A stretch of 64,000 bases of DNA from an uncultured Gemmatimonadales bacterium (GCA_963798915.1 CAWCVB010000005.1:185291-249290), one strand, 5' to 3'; counted from the stretch's first letter, positions 1-11,011 are shown. Numbers and translations: made by a program. Notes: generated by a model not told the origin, from the letters alone.

Positions 1-127
1 TTGCCCGGTGACGACTGTCACCGCCTCGCCGGCGCCTTCCCGCTATTCAAGGGGGGGAGGTGTCCCATGCTGCGCCACTCGATCAGTGTCATGGTAGATC
101 AAGCGATGCCAGCGGACGGGTTGCATC

Positions 128-1075
128 TCATGTGGTAAACCACTCCCAAGTTCGGCGGAGGCCCTCCTCCACATTCACGCCTGGATGGTACCCGAGTACC
201 TGGGCGGCTCGCTCGAGACTCGCCTGAGAATCACGGACATCACCCGCGCGTGGTGGGGCATACTGCCGTTTCACCTTGCGTCCGGTGACCGTTTCCACGA
301 GGTCCAGCAACTGGTTCAACGAGATTCTGCTGCCGGCCCCGGCGTTGGAGACCCATCCATTGACGCGCTCGGCTGGCCCGAACGCGCCCAGCATGTTCGC
401 CTCCACCACATTGGCGATGTAGGTGAAGTCGCGCGTTTGATCCCCGTCACCAAAAATTGTCGCAGTTGCTCCAGATTGTGCCGCCTGCAGGAAGACCGGG
501 ATGACCGCTGCGTACGCACTCGTGGGACTCTGCCTCGGCCCGAAGACATTGAAGTAACGGAGCGCAACGCCCTCGAGCAGGCCGGCGCGGCCGTAGGCCA
601 GCACGTACTGCTCGCCTGCCAGCTTGGCCGTTGCATATGGTGACCGGCAGAGCGGCTCCATGGTCTCCACCTTGGGCAGCACCGCCGTATCGCCATAGAC
701 CGAACTCGAGCTGGAATAGACGACCCGCCGAGCCTTGGCGCGCCGCGCCGCCTCGAGCACCTGGATCGTCCCATTCACGTTGTGGTCATTGCACGCGACT
801 GGGTCCTCGATGGACCGGGGCACACTGGGCAGGGCCGCCACATGAAACACGATTTCCGCTCCCTTGCAGGCGCGGTCACAGTCGGCGGCCTGGCGGATGT
901 CGCCTTCGATGAACGCGATGCGCTCCATCACCTCGGCCAGGTTCTCGCGTGAGCCGGTGCTCAGGTTGTCGATGACCGTGACCTGATGACCGTCGTCCAG
1001 CAGCCGGCGGACGATGTGAGAACCGATAAAGCCTGCGCCGCCCGTCACCAGGCAGGTGGTCGTGGATGCCGCCAT
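128..1075 (-). CDS. NAD-dependent nucleotide-sugar epimerase (extended SDR, WbpP/TviC-like UDP-GlcNAc 4-epimerase)
   Basis: GGAGFIGS Rossmann motif, SSSSVYG, YATAK (YxxxK), LRYFNVFGPRQ, GDGDQTRDFTY. Confidence 0.9.
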   Translation of the reverse strand: MAASTTTCLVTGGAGFIGSHIVRRLLDDGHQVTVIDNLSTGSRENLAEVMERIAFIEGDIRQAADCDRACKGAEIVFHVAALPSVPRSIEDPVACNDHNVNGTIQVLEAARRAKARRVVYSSSSSVYGDTAVLPKVETMEPLCRSPYATAKLAGEQYVLAYGRAGLLEGVALRYFNVFGPRQSPTSAYAAVIPVFLQAAQSGATATIFGDGDQTRDFTYIANVVEANMLGAFGPAERVNGWVSNAGAGSRISLNQLLDLVETVTGRKVKRQYAPPRAGDVRDSQASLERAAQVLGYHPGVNVEEGLRRTWEWFTT

Positions 1076-2311
1076 CTAGGCTGATCCTCGTGGAGTGGGT
1101 TCGAGCTGCCGGGCGGTGCCGGCTGACGGTATCCGGGCCAGGGCAACCTGAGCGTTGGTCTGGACCAGTCCCTCAAACGGCCGTCCCTTCAACACCTGCA
1201 GGTGAGCACCGGGTCCGGTGGCGATGTCGCCACGCCGGTCCTTGAGGCGGACGCTGGAATCGAGGCCGTACAGGCCCGCCGGAACATTCATGTCGAGCTG
1301 GAATTCGAGCTCGAACGGCCCGGAGCGGGGCAGGGCCACTTCGCCGTGGTCGGTGGTGATGGTCGAAAGCAGCCGGCCATCCTCGAGACTGCGAAGCGCC
1401 AGCACCACAATTTCGCGGCCGGTGGAGCGCTGGCCGTTGACCTGGCCAATGATGCTGACTCGGACGGGACCACCGGAGCGGACCTGCTCGCCCTCGGCCA
1501 CCCGGATGCGTTCCAGCACCACGGGGCCGTCCGGGTCGGTCGGCGCCTGTTCCACGGCGAGGTAGCGCCGGATGCACTCGGGGGTGGGGCCGGCGAATTT
1601 CACCTCCCCGTGCTCCATCAGGATGGACTTGGTGCAGAGCTCGGCGATCCGGTCAAGCTGATGGGACACCACGACCACCGGGATGCCGCTGCGGGCCAGA
1701 TCCTTCATGCGCCCGAAAGCGCGCTGCTGGAACTCGAAGTCTCCCACCGCCAGCACTTCATCGATGATGAGCACGTCGGGGGAGAGATGCGCGGCGATGG
1801 CAAAGCCCAGCCTGGCATTCATGCCGCTGGAGTAGCGCTTGACCGGGGTATCGATGAAGGGAGCGATGCCGGCAAATTCGACGATGTCGTCGAACCGCTG
1901 GCGAATCAGCGACTTGGGCATCCCCATGATGGCGCCCTGCAGGAAGACGTTCTCGCGTCCCGTCAGGTCCTGATGGAAGCCGGCGGCGATCTCGATCAGG
2001 GCGCCCACCCGGCCCCGCACCTCGGCGCGTCCCAGGGTGGGCGGAAGGATCTTGATCAGCGTCTTGAGGATGGTCGACTTGCCCGCGCCATTGCGGCCGA
2101 TGATGCCCAGCACATCTCCGGCTCCCACCTCGAAGCTCACGTCCCGCACCGCCCAGAACTGGTCGCGCGCCCAGTTCACTCCGCTTGACGCCGCGTCCGG
2201 TGAGGTTGCGGGCAACGGCAGGAATCAGGTCGCGCAGGCTGTCGTGCCGCTCGCCGCGCTGGAATTTCTTCCAGACCCGGTCGAATTCATGCCAGGATCG
2301 ATGTCAGACAT
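1076..2311 (-). CDS. wzt: Polysaccharide ABC transporter ATP-binding protein with C-terminal Wzt_C-like domain (two apparent frameshifts near the 5' end)
   Basis: GRNGAGKST Walker A, YSSGMNARLGF signature, IIDEVLAVGD Walker B. The N-terminus (MSDIDPG..FDRVWKKFQRGERHDSLRDLIP) is recovered in other frames, and the start overlaps the wzm stop. Confidence 0.88.
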
Positions 2312-3201
2312 TTTCAGCAAAGGCGGGTTGAGAGCGATGGAAGATGAGGACCGCCAGGATCAGGCCGAGGACGGCCCAGCCGCCAGTGTAGAGCAGGGAG
2401 GCGCGGGTGCCATGCCGCGACCACCTCGCCCTTGTTGGTCACGATCGAGAGCGGCTCGAGCAAGTTATGCCCTTGCACCACCGAAAGCCGGAGGCCTTCG
2501 AGCACCGGCGTAAGCGGATTGAGCCACATGAGCCAAGAACGCTTTCCGGGGCCCATCATGGATGGCTCGTAGAATACCGGGGTGAAGAGGATGCCGAACG
2601 TCAGGACGACCTGGACGATGTACTTCACGTCCCGGAAGAACAGGTTGGCGCAGCTCAGGAAAATCACGATCGCGGAGGTGAGCAGCCAGAGCATCGCGAG
2701 CAGGAGCGGCGCCCAGAGCACCGTGACGTGCAGCGTGACGCCGAGGAGCGGCAGCAGCACGACCAGCGCAACGAGGCCGATGCCCGTATCGAATGTCTGC
2801 GCCAGGATCGCAGCAATCGGCAGGACCTCGCGCGGAAAGTAGACTTTGGCAATCAGGTTGTGATTGGAGGTAAGCACGGTGGTGCCAAAGGTGACCGCAC
2901 CGGCGAAGAAAGACCATGCCACACCCTTGAGGCAATGCCGGCGATGTCCGCTCGTCCGACACTGGTTCCCGATGCCTGGCCCATGGCCACCCGGATGAGC
3001 GCACCGGCGAGGACGATCAGGATGGGCATGAAGATGGCCCAGCCGAACCCCATGACAGCCTGCTTGTAGCGGATCCGGATATCGCGCCGTGCGAACTCGA
3101 ACATCAGCTCGCGGAAGGCGCGGAGGTCGGCGATGACTTCGCGCAAGTCACCCAGCGGACTTTGGCGACGGGGGACGAGCGCTGCTGATTGCGTCAGTCA
3201 C
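2304..3201 (-). CDS. wzm: Polysaccharide ABC transporter permease (frameshifted at ~3170, ~2925 and ~2400)
   Basis: RRDIRIRYKQAVMGFGWA, LIAKVYFPREVLP, NLFFRDVKY, LNPLTPVLEGLR, C-terminal FAENV*; GGGAG RBS-like sequence before the GTG. Confidence 0.85.
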
Positions 3202-3491
3202 GCGCGGTATTCTCCCTGCTCAAGGTAGAATCCGGCTGGCCGGGAGCAAGTTTCGTGCGCCAGACGGATACATCTGCGGCGCGCGATGCCATGAATCAGC
3301 GCGGGCCGCGTCGTCGGTCGCGGCGGAAATACAACAGTTTCGTCGCTGTCACGCAACGACGCGACGCCCGGGCGTTGCTTTGGTGACGCAAGTCTCCCGC
3401 GCCACGCCATCGTCTGAGAACGAAGTCTTGTGGCTGAAGGCTCGGCGCAATCGTGCCTGCGTTCGTGCGGCCAGCTTGCAGAGCGCCGGAA

Positions 3492-4464
3492 TCACCCGCC
3501 CGCGCGGGGGCGTCCAGACCGGGGCGGACGAAGGAGCATCTGAAGCGCGCCTGGTATCCGATCGAAGACCCAGGCCCCCAGCCGCCAGGCCGGCCGCAAT
3601 AGCGTGGTGCGTCGCCGCCAGCGACGGTAGATGGGCTCCGCTTCGGGCACCAGCGGGTGCAGGCTGAGGATGGCCTTGAGACTCTCATTGGCGCGTTGGT
3701 GCCAAGCGGTGTTCAGATCCGCCTCGTAGGCGCGATGCAACGCCGCGACGCTGCGATCCCGCTCGACGGGTTCAAGAGTGGGGGCCAAGTCCTGCCAGAA
3801 GTCGTGTCGCACTTGCCAGGCGGAGCGGAACATCTGGCTCAAGCTCCGGGAATGTTGCTGCGCCATGCACCCGATAGCGCACCAGCCGCTGATGGCTGCA
3901 GACGAACCGGGTAGTGATGGGCGAGCCGCATCCACAGGTCGTAGTCCTCCGCGTGGCGCATGCCATCGCGATAACCTCCTGCCGCGAGCAACGCCGTTCG
4001 CCGCACCACGGCCCACTCTGGATCACCGGATTCTGCTCCCAGAGAGTCTCGAGTGCCGCTACCGGAACGCCATCTGGCAGTACGAACGGCGGCAGATGAT
4101 TCGTGGCGCCGAAGTGACTCACCATGGAAAAGGCGACCGCCGCGTCCGGGTGCTGCTCCAGCAGGCCGGCGCAGACCAGCAGATGATCCGGCTCCCAGAG
4201 ATCGTCGGCATCCAGGAAGGCGATCAGGTCGCCCATCGCTGCGCGCATACCGATGTTGCGTGCCGTGGCTGGACCGCTGTTGACCCCAGTTTCCAGCACC
4301 GTCGCCCCGCTGGCGGCAGCCAGCGCACGGGTCGAATCGGTCGAGCCATCGTCCACCACCAGGATCTCGGCGGGACGCCGGCTCTGGCCCCAGGCCGACG
4401 CGAGGGCGTCTGCGAGGAAGGTGGCTGAGTTATAGGCTGGAATCACCACGCTGATCTTGAGCAA
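3492..4464 (-). CDS. Glycosyltransferase family 2 (frameshifted at ~3860-4015)
   Basis: ISVVIPAYN, VVDDGSTD, NSGPATARN, FLDADD; EDYDLWMRL in an adjacent frame; AGGA RBS before TTG. Confidence 0.85.
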
Positions 4465-4486
4465 TGCGTTCCTTTCGCATCTGGCT

Positions 4487-4502
4487 TGCAATTTGCCCAC
4501 CG
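4487..4502 (-). promoter_or_regulatory. Possible sigma-54 (-24/-12) promoter
   Basis: CGGTGGGCAAATTGCA on the minus strand has GG-N10-GC spacing and a TTGCA box, just upstream of the GT2 RBS. Confidence 0.35.
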
Positions 4503-4637
4503 GCCGCCCGCACTGATCCGTCTCACCAGCGGCACCGGAGGCGGTGGGCGGCTACTTTTGGACCCTGACGGGCATCGCCTCCAGCAAGGGGATCACAGTC
4601 TGGCGAGTCTGCTGAATTCTATCCAGATGAGGCCGTA

Positions 4638-5756
4638 ATGCTGGAGCTTGCTCTGGGCGCCGGGGGGCTGCTGCTGCTCATCTGGGCAGTATATCCCGTT
4701 GTAGTACATGGGGTTGCGGCGCTACGCCGACCCTCCGGCGCCCCGGGAACGGTTGACCCGCACAACTGGCCCGACGTGACCGTCGTGGTTGCGACCCGCG
4801 AGGACGCTGGGCTCGTCAATGCGCGGGTGCGGGATGCGCTGGCCGCCGACTATCCCGCCGACCGCCTGAGCGTGGTCGTTGCACTGGACCATGAGGCCAG
4901 AACCGAGCCAGCGGAGATTGACGCCGCTGGTGGGCGGGTCGTCGTTGTGCGGGGCGAGGCTCCGGGCGGCAAGGCTGCGGCGCTCAACGCAGGCGTCGAG
5001 GCCGCGGCCGGCGAGATTCTGGTCTTCAGTGACACTCACCAGCGGTTCGACCCAGGTGCCCTTCGGCTGCTGGTGAGGATGCTGGAGGGCAACCGTTTCG
5101 GGGCGGTATCGGGTCAGCTCGAATTGGCCGATGCGGGCCGCCGTTCGCTGGTCGAACAGTACTGGCGCTTCGAGCGGCGCCTTCGCCGCGATGAGGCACG
5201 GATCCATTCCGCCATTGGTGTGAGCGGCTCCATCTACGCCATGCGCCGCGCATTGTGGTCGCCACTGCCAGCTGGCCTGATCCTGGATGATCTCTACGTG
5301 CCGATGCGCCTGATCCTCGACGGTTACCGGGTCGGATTCACCGAAGCGGCCAAGGCGTTCGATTCGCGGCGGACCCGGGCGGGGCAGGAGTTCCGGAGGA
5401 AGGTGCGGACCCTGACCGGCAACTTCCAGCTGTGCGCCTGGCTTCCGGCGATGCTGCTGCCCTGGCGTAACCCGGTCTGGCCCCAGTTCATGCTGCACAA
5501 GGTACTGCGGCTGCTCACGCCCTGGCTGGTAATCGCGTTCGTGATTGGTGTGGTGGGGTTGATGCTCTCAGCCTGGGGATGGATGGCGGTGCGGGTGGCG
5601 GCGGCCCTCATGGCCGCTGGCCTCATCGCCGCCGAGGTGCTGGGCGTGCGCAAGCTTGTTCTGGGCTATCTGCGCTGGTTCGTCGTCATGCAGGCCGCGA
5701 TTGCCGTGGCGACGATGAATGGTGTGGCTGGGCGCTGGAACGTCTGGAGACACTGA
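4638..5756 (+). CDS. Membrane-bound glycosyltransferase family 2 (IcaA/CESA-like)
   Basis: N- and C-terminal TM segments, GKAAALN, FSDTHQ, LILDDL, EFRRKVRTLTGNFQL. Confidence 0.88.
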   Translation: MLELALGAGGLLLLIWAVYPVVVHGVAALRRPSGAPGTVDPHNWPDVTVVVATREDAGLVNARVRDALAADYPADRLSVVVALDHEARTEPAEIDAAGGRVVVVRGEAPGGKAAALNAGVEAAAGEILVFSDTHQRFDPGALRLLVRMLEGNRFGAVSGQLELADAGRRSLVEQYWRFERRLRRDEARIHSAIGVSGSIYAMRRALWSPLPAGLILDDLYVPMRLILDGYRVGFTEAAKAFDSRRTRAGQEFRRKVRTLTGNFQLCAWLPAMLLPWRNPVWPQFMLHKVLRLLTPWLVIAFVIGVVGLMLSAWGWMAVRVAAALMAAGLIAAEVLGVRKLVLGYLRWFVVMQAAIAVATMNGVAGRWNVWRH

Positions 5757-6992
5757 GTGGCTCAAGTCACGTATCTGATAAGTCAGTATCCGGCCTTCAA
5801 TCACACGTTCGTGCTGCGTGAAATCCAGGCCTTGCGCCAGGCTGGCGTGACGGTCTCCACCATCTCGATTCGCGGCGACGACCGTCCCCTCGCTCGGCTG
5901 ACCGACGAGGAACGAGTCGAGCGGGATCAGACCTGGTACGTCAAGGTGCGCGGCGCAGGGGGCTTCCTGCTCGCGTTCGCGCGACAGGCTGCCCGGTCCC
6001 CAGGCCGGCTGGTTCGCTCGGCGCTGATGGCCGGTCGGCTGGGCGGTTGGGACGTGCGCGCCCTCGTGGCGCATCTCTTCTACTGGGCTGAGGCGATGAT
6101 TGTCGCGGACCACCTGGCGCGCACCAGCGCGCAGCATCTACATGTGCACTTCGCCTCAACGGTGGGGCTGCTGGCTCACCTCGCGTCCGGGTGTCCCTTT
6201 TCCGTCACCATTCATGGTCCGGCCGAGTTCGAAACGCCCCACTTCGGGATGAGAGCGAAGGTCCAGCACGCATCGCTGATTGTGACGATCAGCCAGTTCG
6301 GGCGCTCGCAGGTGCTCCGGCAGGTGCGTCTGGAGGATTGGCCGAAGGTTCGCGTTGTCCGGCTTGGCGTGGACACGGCCCGCTACGCGCTACGGGCTCG
6401 ACGCCCCGCCCCTCCACGCTCTGGCATCCTGACCGTAGGCCGCCTGGCTCCGGTCAAGGGGCAGGCGGTGCTGCTCGAGGCCATGAAGCTGCTGGTGGAG
6501 AGTGGGGTGGACGCGGCATTGACGCTGGTGGGTTCCGGCCCCGAACATGACCGCCTTGAGGCGATAGCCGTGCGCCTCGGCCTCGAGGACCGCGTCACCT
6601 TCACCGGCGCCCTCAACCAGATCGAGACGCGCGAACAGTTCGCCCAGGCCGATCTCTTCGCACTCACCAGCTTTGCGGAAGGCATTCCGGTTGTGCTCAT
6701 GGAAGCGATGGCGCTTGGTGTGCCCTGCGTCGCGAGCCGAGTGAATGGCGTCCCGGAGCTGATTGAGCATGGTGTCACAGGGCTCCTCGTTTCCGCCGGT
6801 GATGCCGAGGGAGCTGCAACGTGCATGGCCCGGCTGCTGGCTGACGAGGCCGGCACGACGGCCATGGTGATCGCTGCGCGTGAGTATGTAGCACGACATT
6901 TTGACCTGCTCACCAATGCCCGCCTGCTGGTTGACGAACTGATGCCGTATCTCGAGCGGCGAGGTGCGTCGGACGGAGCCGCACGGCCATGA
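5757..6992 (+). CDS. Glycosyltransferase family 4 (WcaL-like)
   Basis: YPAFNHTFVLREI, HLHVHFA, VGRLAPVKG, EGIPVVLMEAMA. Confidence 0.9.
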   Translation: MAQVTYLISQYPAFNHTFVLREIQALRQAGVTVSTISIRGDDRPLARLTDEERVERDQTWYVKVRGAGGFLLAFARQAARSPGRLVRSALMAGRLGGWDVRALVAHLFYWAEAMIVADHLARTSAQHLHVHFASTVGLLAHLASGCPFSVTIHGPAEFETPHFGMRAKVQHASLIVTISQFGRSQVLRQVRLEDWPKVRVVRLGVDTARYALRARRPAPPRSGILTVGRLAPVKGQAVLLEAMKLLVESGVDAALTLVGSGPEHDRLEAIAVRLGLEDRVTFTGALNQIETREQFAQADLFALTSFAEGIPVVLMEAMALGVPCVASRVNGVPELIEHGVTGLLVSAGDAEGAATCMARLLADEAGTTAMVIAAREYVARHFDLLTNARLLVDELMPYLERRGASDGAARP

Positions 6993-9109
6993 TGAGCAGG
7001 CGAATTCGAGGCCGGTCCCTTCCTGAGCTTCGTGGTCGCGGTGTGCAGGCCCTGTTGACGGCGGCCGAGCGCGTCGGACTGCTCCCCTGGGCGCGCGAGC
7101 CCCGTTCGGGCGGGTTGGCCAAGCTTCTCGAGCCGGGGCTTGAATCCGGCCGGTTCGGGCTTGCAGCCGATGTCGTTGCGTGCTGCAGGGCAACGATTCC
7201 GGGCCTGGTGGACCCGGGCCGAGCGGCTGCCGCGATCGTGGCGACCTGGCCCGACGATGCAGAAGCATTGGTCGAGCGCGGAACAGGCATTCTCAACGGA
7301 AGTTTCGATCTTCTCGGTTACACGGAACTCAAGGTCGGCCAGATGCCCGACTGGCAGCTTGACCCGGTGTCGGGCCGGCGCGCACCCCTGATCCACCGAA
7401 GCCGTATTCCCTACCTGGATGCCGCGAAGGTCGGGGACCACAAGGTCACCTGGGAGTTGAATCGGCATCAGTATCTGGTCACCCTGGCGCAGGCGTGGCT
7501 GATCACGGGCAACGAAAGATTTCCCGCGACAATTGCTGCGCATCTCGAAGGCTGGATGGATGCCAACCCACCCAAGCTGGGCATGAACTGGTCCAGCAGC
7601 CTGGAGGTCGGCTTCCGCGCCATCGCCTGGATCTGGACACTGGCGCTCGCCGGCGACGGGCTCCCATCCGAGCTGGTGCAGCGATGCGCTGGCATGCTGC
7701 ACGTTCACGCGCGACACTTGGAATCGCACCTCTCCACCTGGTTCAGTCCCAATACCCACCTTACCGGCGAGGCGCTGGCGCTGGTGTATCTTGGCCGGGC
7801 ACTGCCGATGTTCCGCCGGAGCGAGCGCTGGCGGACCAGCGGCCTGCGCATTCTGGAAGAAGAAAGTCGCCGCCAGCTCCTGCCTGACGGCGTGTATTTC
7901 GAGCAGGCGACTTACTATCACCGCTACACTACCGACTTCTACCTGCATCTTGCACTGCTCATGGCTGGGCAGGAGGGGGGACGGCCGCACTGGCTGGACC
8001 AGGCGCTGGCCCGCCTTCTGGATTACCTGGTGGCGATCGTGCGCCCGGACGGCACCTGGCCGCTGATCGGAGATGAAGATGGGGGCCGGCTGGTGTGGCT
8101 GAAGTCACGAAATTCCAACGATTTCAGTGATACCTTGGCACTCGGCGCGGTGCTGCTCGGGAGGCGTGAATATTGCTTGCCGGGCAGGGCGCCTTCGGAG
8201 CTTGCGTGGCTGCTCGGAGCTGGCGCCAGGGCCCGTTGGGAGGCGCTGGGCTCCGTGCCGCCGCCAGGCTTCGCGCTCTTTCCCAAGGGCGGCTATGCCG
8301 TCATGCGAAGCGGGGAAGGCGACTGGTTGCTGATGGAGGCCGGTCCCCATGGCGGATTGGCGGGGGGCCACGCCCACGCCGATGCCCTGGCAGTCGAAGT
8401 CGCGGTTGCGGGAACGATGGTCCTGCAGGATGCCGGCACCTTCACATACGTGGCGGAGCCCGCCTTGCGGGACCAGTTCCGGTCCGGCATGTCGCACTCC
8501 ACGGTGACGCTGGCCGGGGAATCCTCGGCCGTGCCGGCTGGACCGTTTCGCTGGGCGCATCGGAGCGAGGCCGAGTTCGAAGCATGGAAGTCGTCGAGCG
8601 CCTTTGACTTCGTCGCCGGCCGCCAGCGGGGCTTTCGGCAGCTCGGCGCGGACATCGTGCACCGGCGTCAGGTGTTGTGGCTGCGCCAGTGGCGCTGCTG
8701 GATCATTCGCGATCGCTTCGAAGGCACGGAGGCGCCCTTCGCGGCGCATTTCCACTGTGCGCCAGGCATCATCGTGGCGGCGCGCCGGAACACGGCGTTG
8801 TTCCGTGAGTCAGGTGCCAACCTGATGCGGCTGGATGTTCTTGCGGCGAGCTGTGACCTGACCGTGGGGGAGTCCCTGTTCTCACCCGTGTATGGCGCCC
8901 GGGAGACCGTGCAGTCACTGACGGTGCAGGTCACGCATGGCGGAGAACTGCTGACGGTGCTGCGGGCGGCTCCCAGCCAGTTGACCTACGCCCGTGACGT
9001 GACCGGTACGACGGTCATCCTCGAACGGACCGGCGAGGTGGTCGAAGCCTCGGCGGGACCGACGGGATGGCGGCTGGATGGCAGGACTCTCGACTCATTC
9101 GGAGACTGA
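6989..9109 (+). CDS. Heparinase II/III family (polysaccharide lyase-like) protein
   Basis: DHKVTWELNRHQ, NWSSSLEVGFR, SPNTHL, EQATYYH, IGDEDGG, GHAHADAL, DAGTFTY. Confidence 0.88.
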   Translation: MMSRRIRGRSLPELRGRGVQALLTAAERVGLLPWAREPRSGGLAKLLEPGLESGRFGLAADVVACCRATIPGLVDPGRAAAAIVATWPDDAEALVERGTGILNGSFDLLGYTELKVGQMPDWQLDPVSGRRAPLIHRSRIPYLDAAKVGDHKVTWELNRHQYLVTLAQAWLITGNERFPATIAAHLEGWMDANPPKLGMNWSSSLEVGFRAIAWIWTLALAGDGLPSELVQRCAGMLHVHARHLESHLSTWFSPNTHLTGEALALVYLGRALPMFRRSERWRTSGLRILEEESRRQLLPDGVYFEQATYYHRYTTDFYLHLALLMAGQEGGRPHWLDQALARLLDYLVAIVRPDGTWPLIGDEDGGRLVWLKSRNSNDFSDTLALGAVLLGRREYCLPGRAPSELAWLLGAGARARWEALGSVPPPGFALFPKGGYAVMRSGEGDWLLMEAGPHGGLAGGHAHADALAVEVAVAGTMVLQDAGTFTYVAEPALRDQFRSGMSHSTVTLAGESSAVPAGPFRWAHRSEAEFEAWKSSSAFDFVAGRQRGFRQLGADIVHRRQVLWLRQWRCWIIRDRFEGTEAPFAAHFHCAPGIIVAARRNTALFRESGANLMRLDVLAASCDLTVGESLFSPVYGARETVQSLTVQVTHGGELLTVLRAAPSQLTYARDVTGTTVILERTGEVVEASAGPTGWRLDGRTLDSFGD

Positions 9110-9118
9110 AGCGGAATC

Positions 9119-11011
9119 ATGTGTGGTATCTGTGGCATTGCCCTGCCGGATTTGTCGTCCCGCCGCCTGGATCGGGAACTGCTGGTGCGCATGCGCGACC
9201 AGCTGGTGCATCGCGGTCCCGATGGTGCCGGTGCCTTCCTGGACCGGGGCATTGCGCTGGGACACCGGCGGCTCAGCATCGTGGACGTGGCGCATGGCGC
9301 GCAGCCCATGGCCGCTCAGGGCGGCGCCGTTCAGATTGTCTACAACGGGGAGATCTACAACCATCCCGAGCTGATGCCGCTCCTGCAGGCGCAGGGCGTC
9401 GCCTACGCCACGCACTGTGATACCGAAACGGTCCTGCACCTCTACCAGCGCCACGGCCCCCGGACACCAGAGCAGCTGCGTGGCATGTTTGCCTTCGCGA
9501 TCTGGGACTCGCGGACCCGGGAATTGTTCCTGGCCCGCGACCGGCTGGGCGTGAAGCCGCTGTACTACGTGCATACCGAAGACGGTGCGCTCTATTTCGC
9601 TTCCGAGATCAAGTCGCTGCTTGCTGCCGGCGCGGTACCGCCGGTGCTCAACCGCCGGGCTCTTCCCGACTATCTCGCCAACCATGCCACGTCGGGCGAA
9701 GACACCCTCTTCGAAGGCGTCAAGCGGCTCCTGCCCGGGCACACGCTGACATGGAAGAACGGGCGGGTTGAGCTCCGTTCGTATTGGGATCTGTCGTTTG
9801 CCGCGCCGATGGACCGCCGTTCGGACGCCGAGTTGGTGGCGGAGTACGCTGAGCGGTTCCGTGAGGCGGTGCGGCTTCGCCTCATGGCGGATGTGCCGCT
9901 CGGCATGTTCCTCTCCGGCGGTATTGATTCGGCGGCCATCACGGCCACGATGGCAACCCTGGTCAGTGAACCGATCAAGACCTTTTCGGTGGCGTTCCGT
10001 GAGCGAGAGGCCAACGAACTCTACTATGCGCGGCTGGTTGCAAACCGCTACCGAACGGATCACCGGGAAGTGATCGTGAGTCCGGAGGAGTTCTTCGGTG
10101 CGCTCCCGTCCCTGGTTTGGCACGAGGACGAGCCGATCGCGCATCCTTCAAGTGTCGCGCTCAACTTTGTTTCGCGGCTGGCGGCACAGCATGTCAAGGT
10201 GGTGCTCACGGGAGAGGGAAGCGACGAGACGCTGGCGGGCTACGGCCGCTATCGCACCACGGTGCTCAACCTGGCGCTGAGCCAGCGCTGGCAGTCGATG
10301 GCGCCGGCAGTGGTGCAGCGGGTTGTTCGGGCCGGGGTGGAGCGGTTGCCACGGAGGTCGCGTCTCCGGCAGCGCCTGCTGCGTACCGGGCTCGCGCTGC
10401 ATGCAGACCTGGACACGCTCTACTTCGACAATTTCGCCGTCTTTGGGCGCCAGCGGCAGCACGAATTGCTGGCGCCTGAGCTGCGTGCCGAGCTGGGCGA
10501 TCCGGATCCCTACGCGGCTGCCCACCACGCCATCGCGCACGGCGATGCCGCCAGCCTGCTCAACCAGTTGCTCTACGCCGACACCAAGACCTATCTCCAT
10601 GAACTGCTGATGAAGCAGGACCAGATGAGCATGGCGGCGTCGATCGAGAGTCGGGTGCCCTTCCTGGATCATCCGCTGGTGGAGTTCACCGCCCGCCTGC
10701 CCCAACGCCTCAAGCTGCGTGGAAGCACCACCAAGTGGATCTTGCGCGAAGCGATGAAGGACATGCTGCCACCCGAAATTCTCTCCCGTCGCAAAATGGG
10801 TTTTCCCGTACCGGTCGGTGCGTGGCTCAAGGGACAATTCCGGCCCCTGCTCGACGACTATCTGCTCTCGGAACGGGCGCTGGGACGGGGCCTGTTCCGG
10901 CCGGACGCCGTGAGGGAACTGGTGCGCGAGCACTGTGCCGGACACGCCAACCATGATGAACGGTTGTGGGCGCTGCTGAATCTGGAAATCTGGCAGCGGA
11001 CTTTACCTTGA
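9119..11011 (+). CDS. asnB: Asparagine synthase-like glutamine amidotransferase (polysaccharide-locus type)
   Basis: N-terminal MCGI (Ntn cysteine), HRGPD, RDRLGVKPLYY, LSGGIDS, GEGSDE, ESRVPFLD, KMGFPVP. Confidence 0.93.
   Translation: MCGICGIALPDLSSRRLDRELLVRMRDQLVHRGPDGAGAFLDRGIALGHRRLSIVDVAHGAQPMAAQGGAVQIVYNGEIYNHPELMPLLQAQGVAYATHCDTETVLHLYQRHGPRTPEQLRGMFAFAIWDSRTRELFLARDRLGVKPLYYVHTEDGALYFASEIKSLLAAGAVPPVLNRRALPDYLANHATSGEDTLFEGVKRLLPGHTLTWKNGRVELRSYWDLSFAAPMDRRSDAELVAEYAERFREAVRLRLMADVPLGMFLSGGIDSAAITATMATLVSEPIKTFSVAFREREANELYYARLVANRYRTDHREVIVSPEEFFGALPSLVWHEDEPIAHPSSVALNFVSRLAAQHVKVVLTGEGSDETLAGYGRYRTTVLNLALSQRWQSMAPAVVQRVVRAGVERLPRRSRLRQRLLRTGLALHADLDTLYFDNFAVFGRQRQHELLAPELRAELGDPDPYAAAHHAIAHGDAASLLNQLLYADTKTYLHELLMKQDQMSMAASIESRVPFLDHPLVEFTARLPQRLKLRGSTTKWILREAMKDMLPPEILSRRKMGFPVPVGAWLKGQFRPLLDDYLLSERALGRGLFRPDAVRELVREHCAGHANHDERLWALLNLEIWQRTLP

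Noticed and set aside
1..127. Possible 5' end of another minus-strand gene after the epimerase
   Set aside because: The candidate ATG frames close within the segment, near a G7 run, and there is too little sequence to call.
3246..3264. Sigma-54-like TGGCGCACGAAACTTGCT upstream of wzm (minus strand)
   Set aside because: GG-to-GC spacing is 12 rather than 10 nt, so it is non-functional unless there is a sequencing error.
6383..7990. 535-aa minus-strand ORF
   Set aside because: Antisense shadow of the GT4 and heparinase genes in GC-rich DNA; no motifs.
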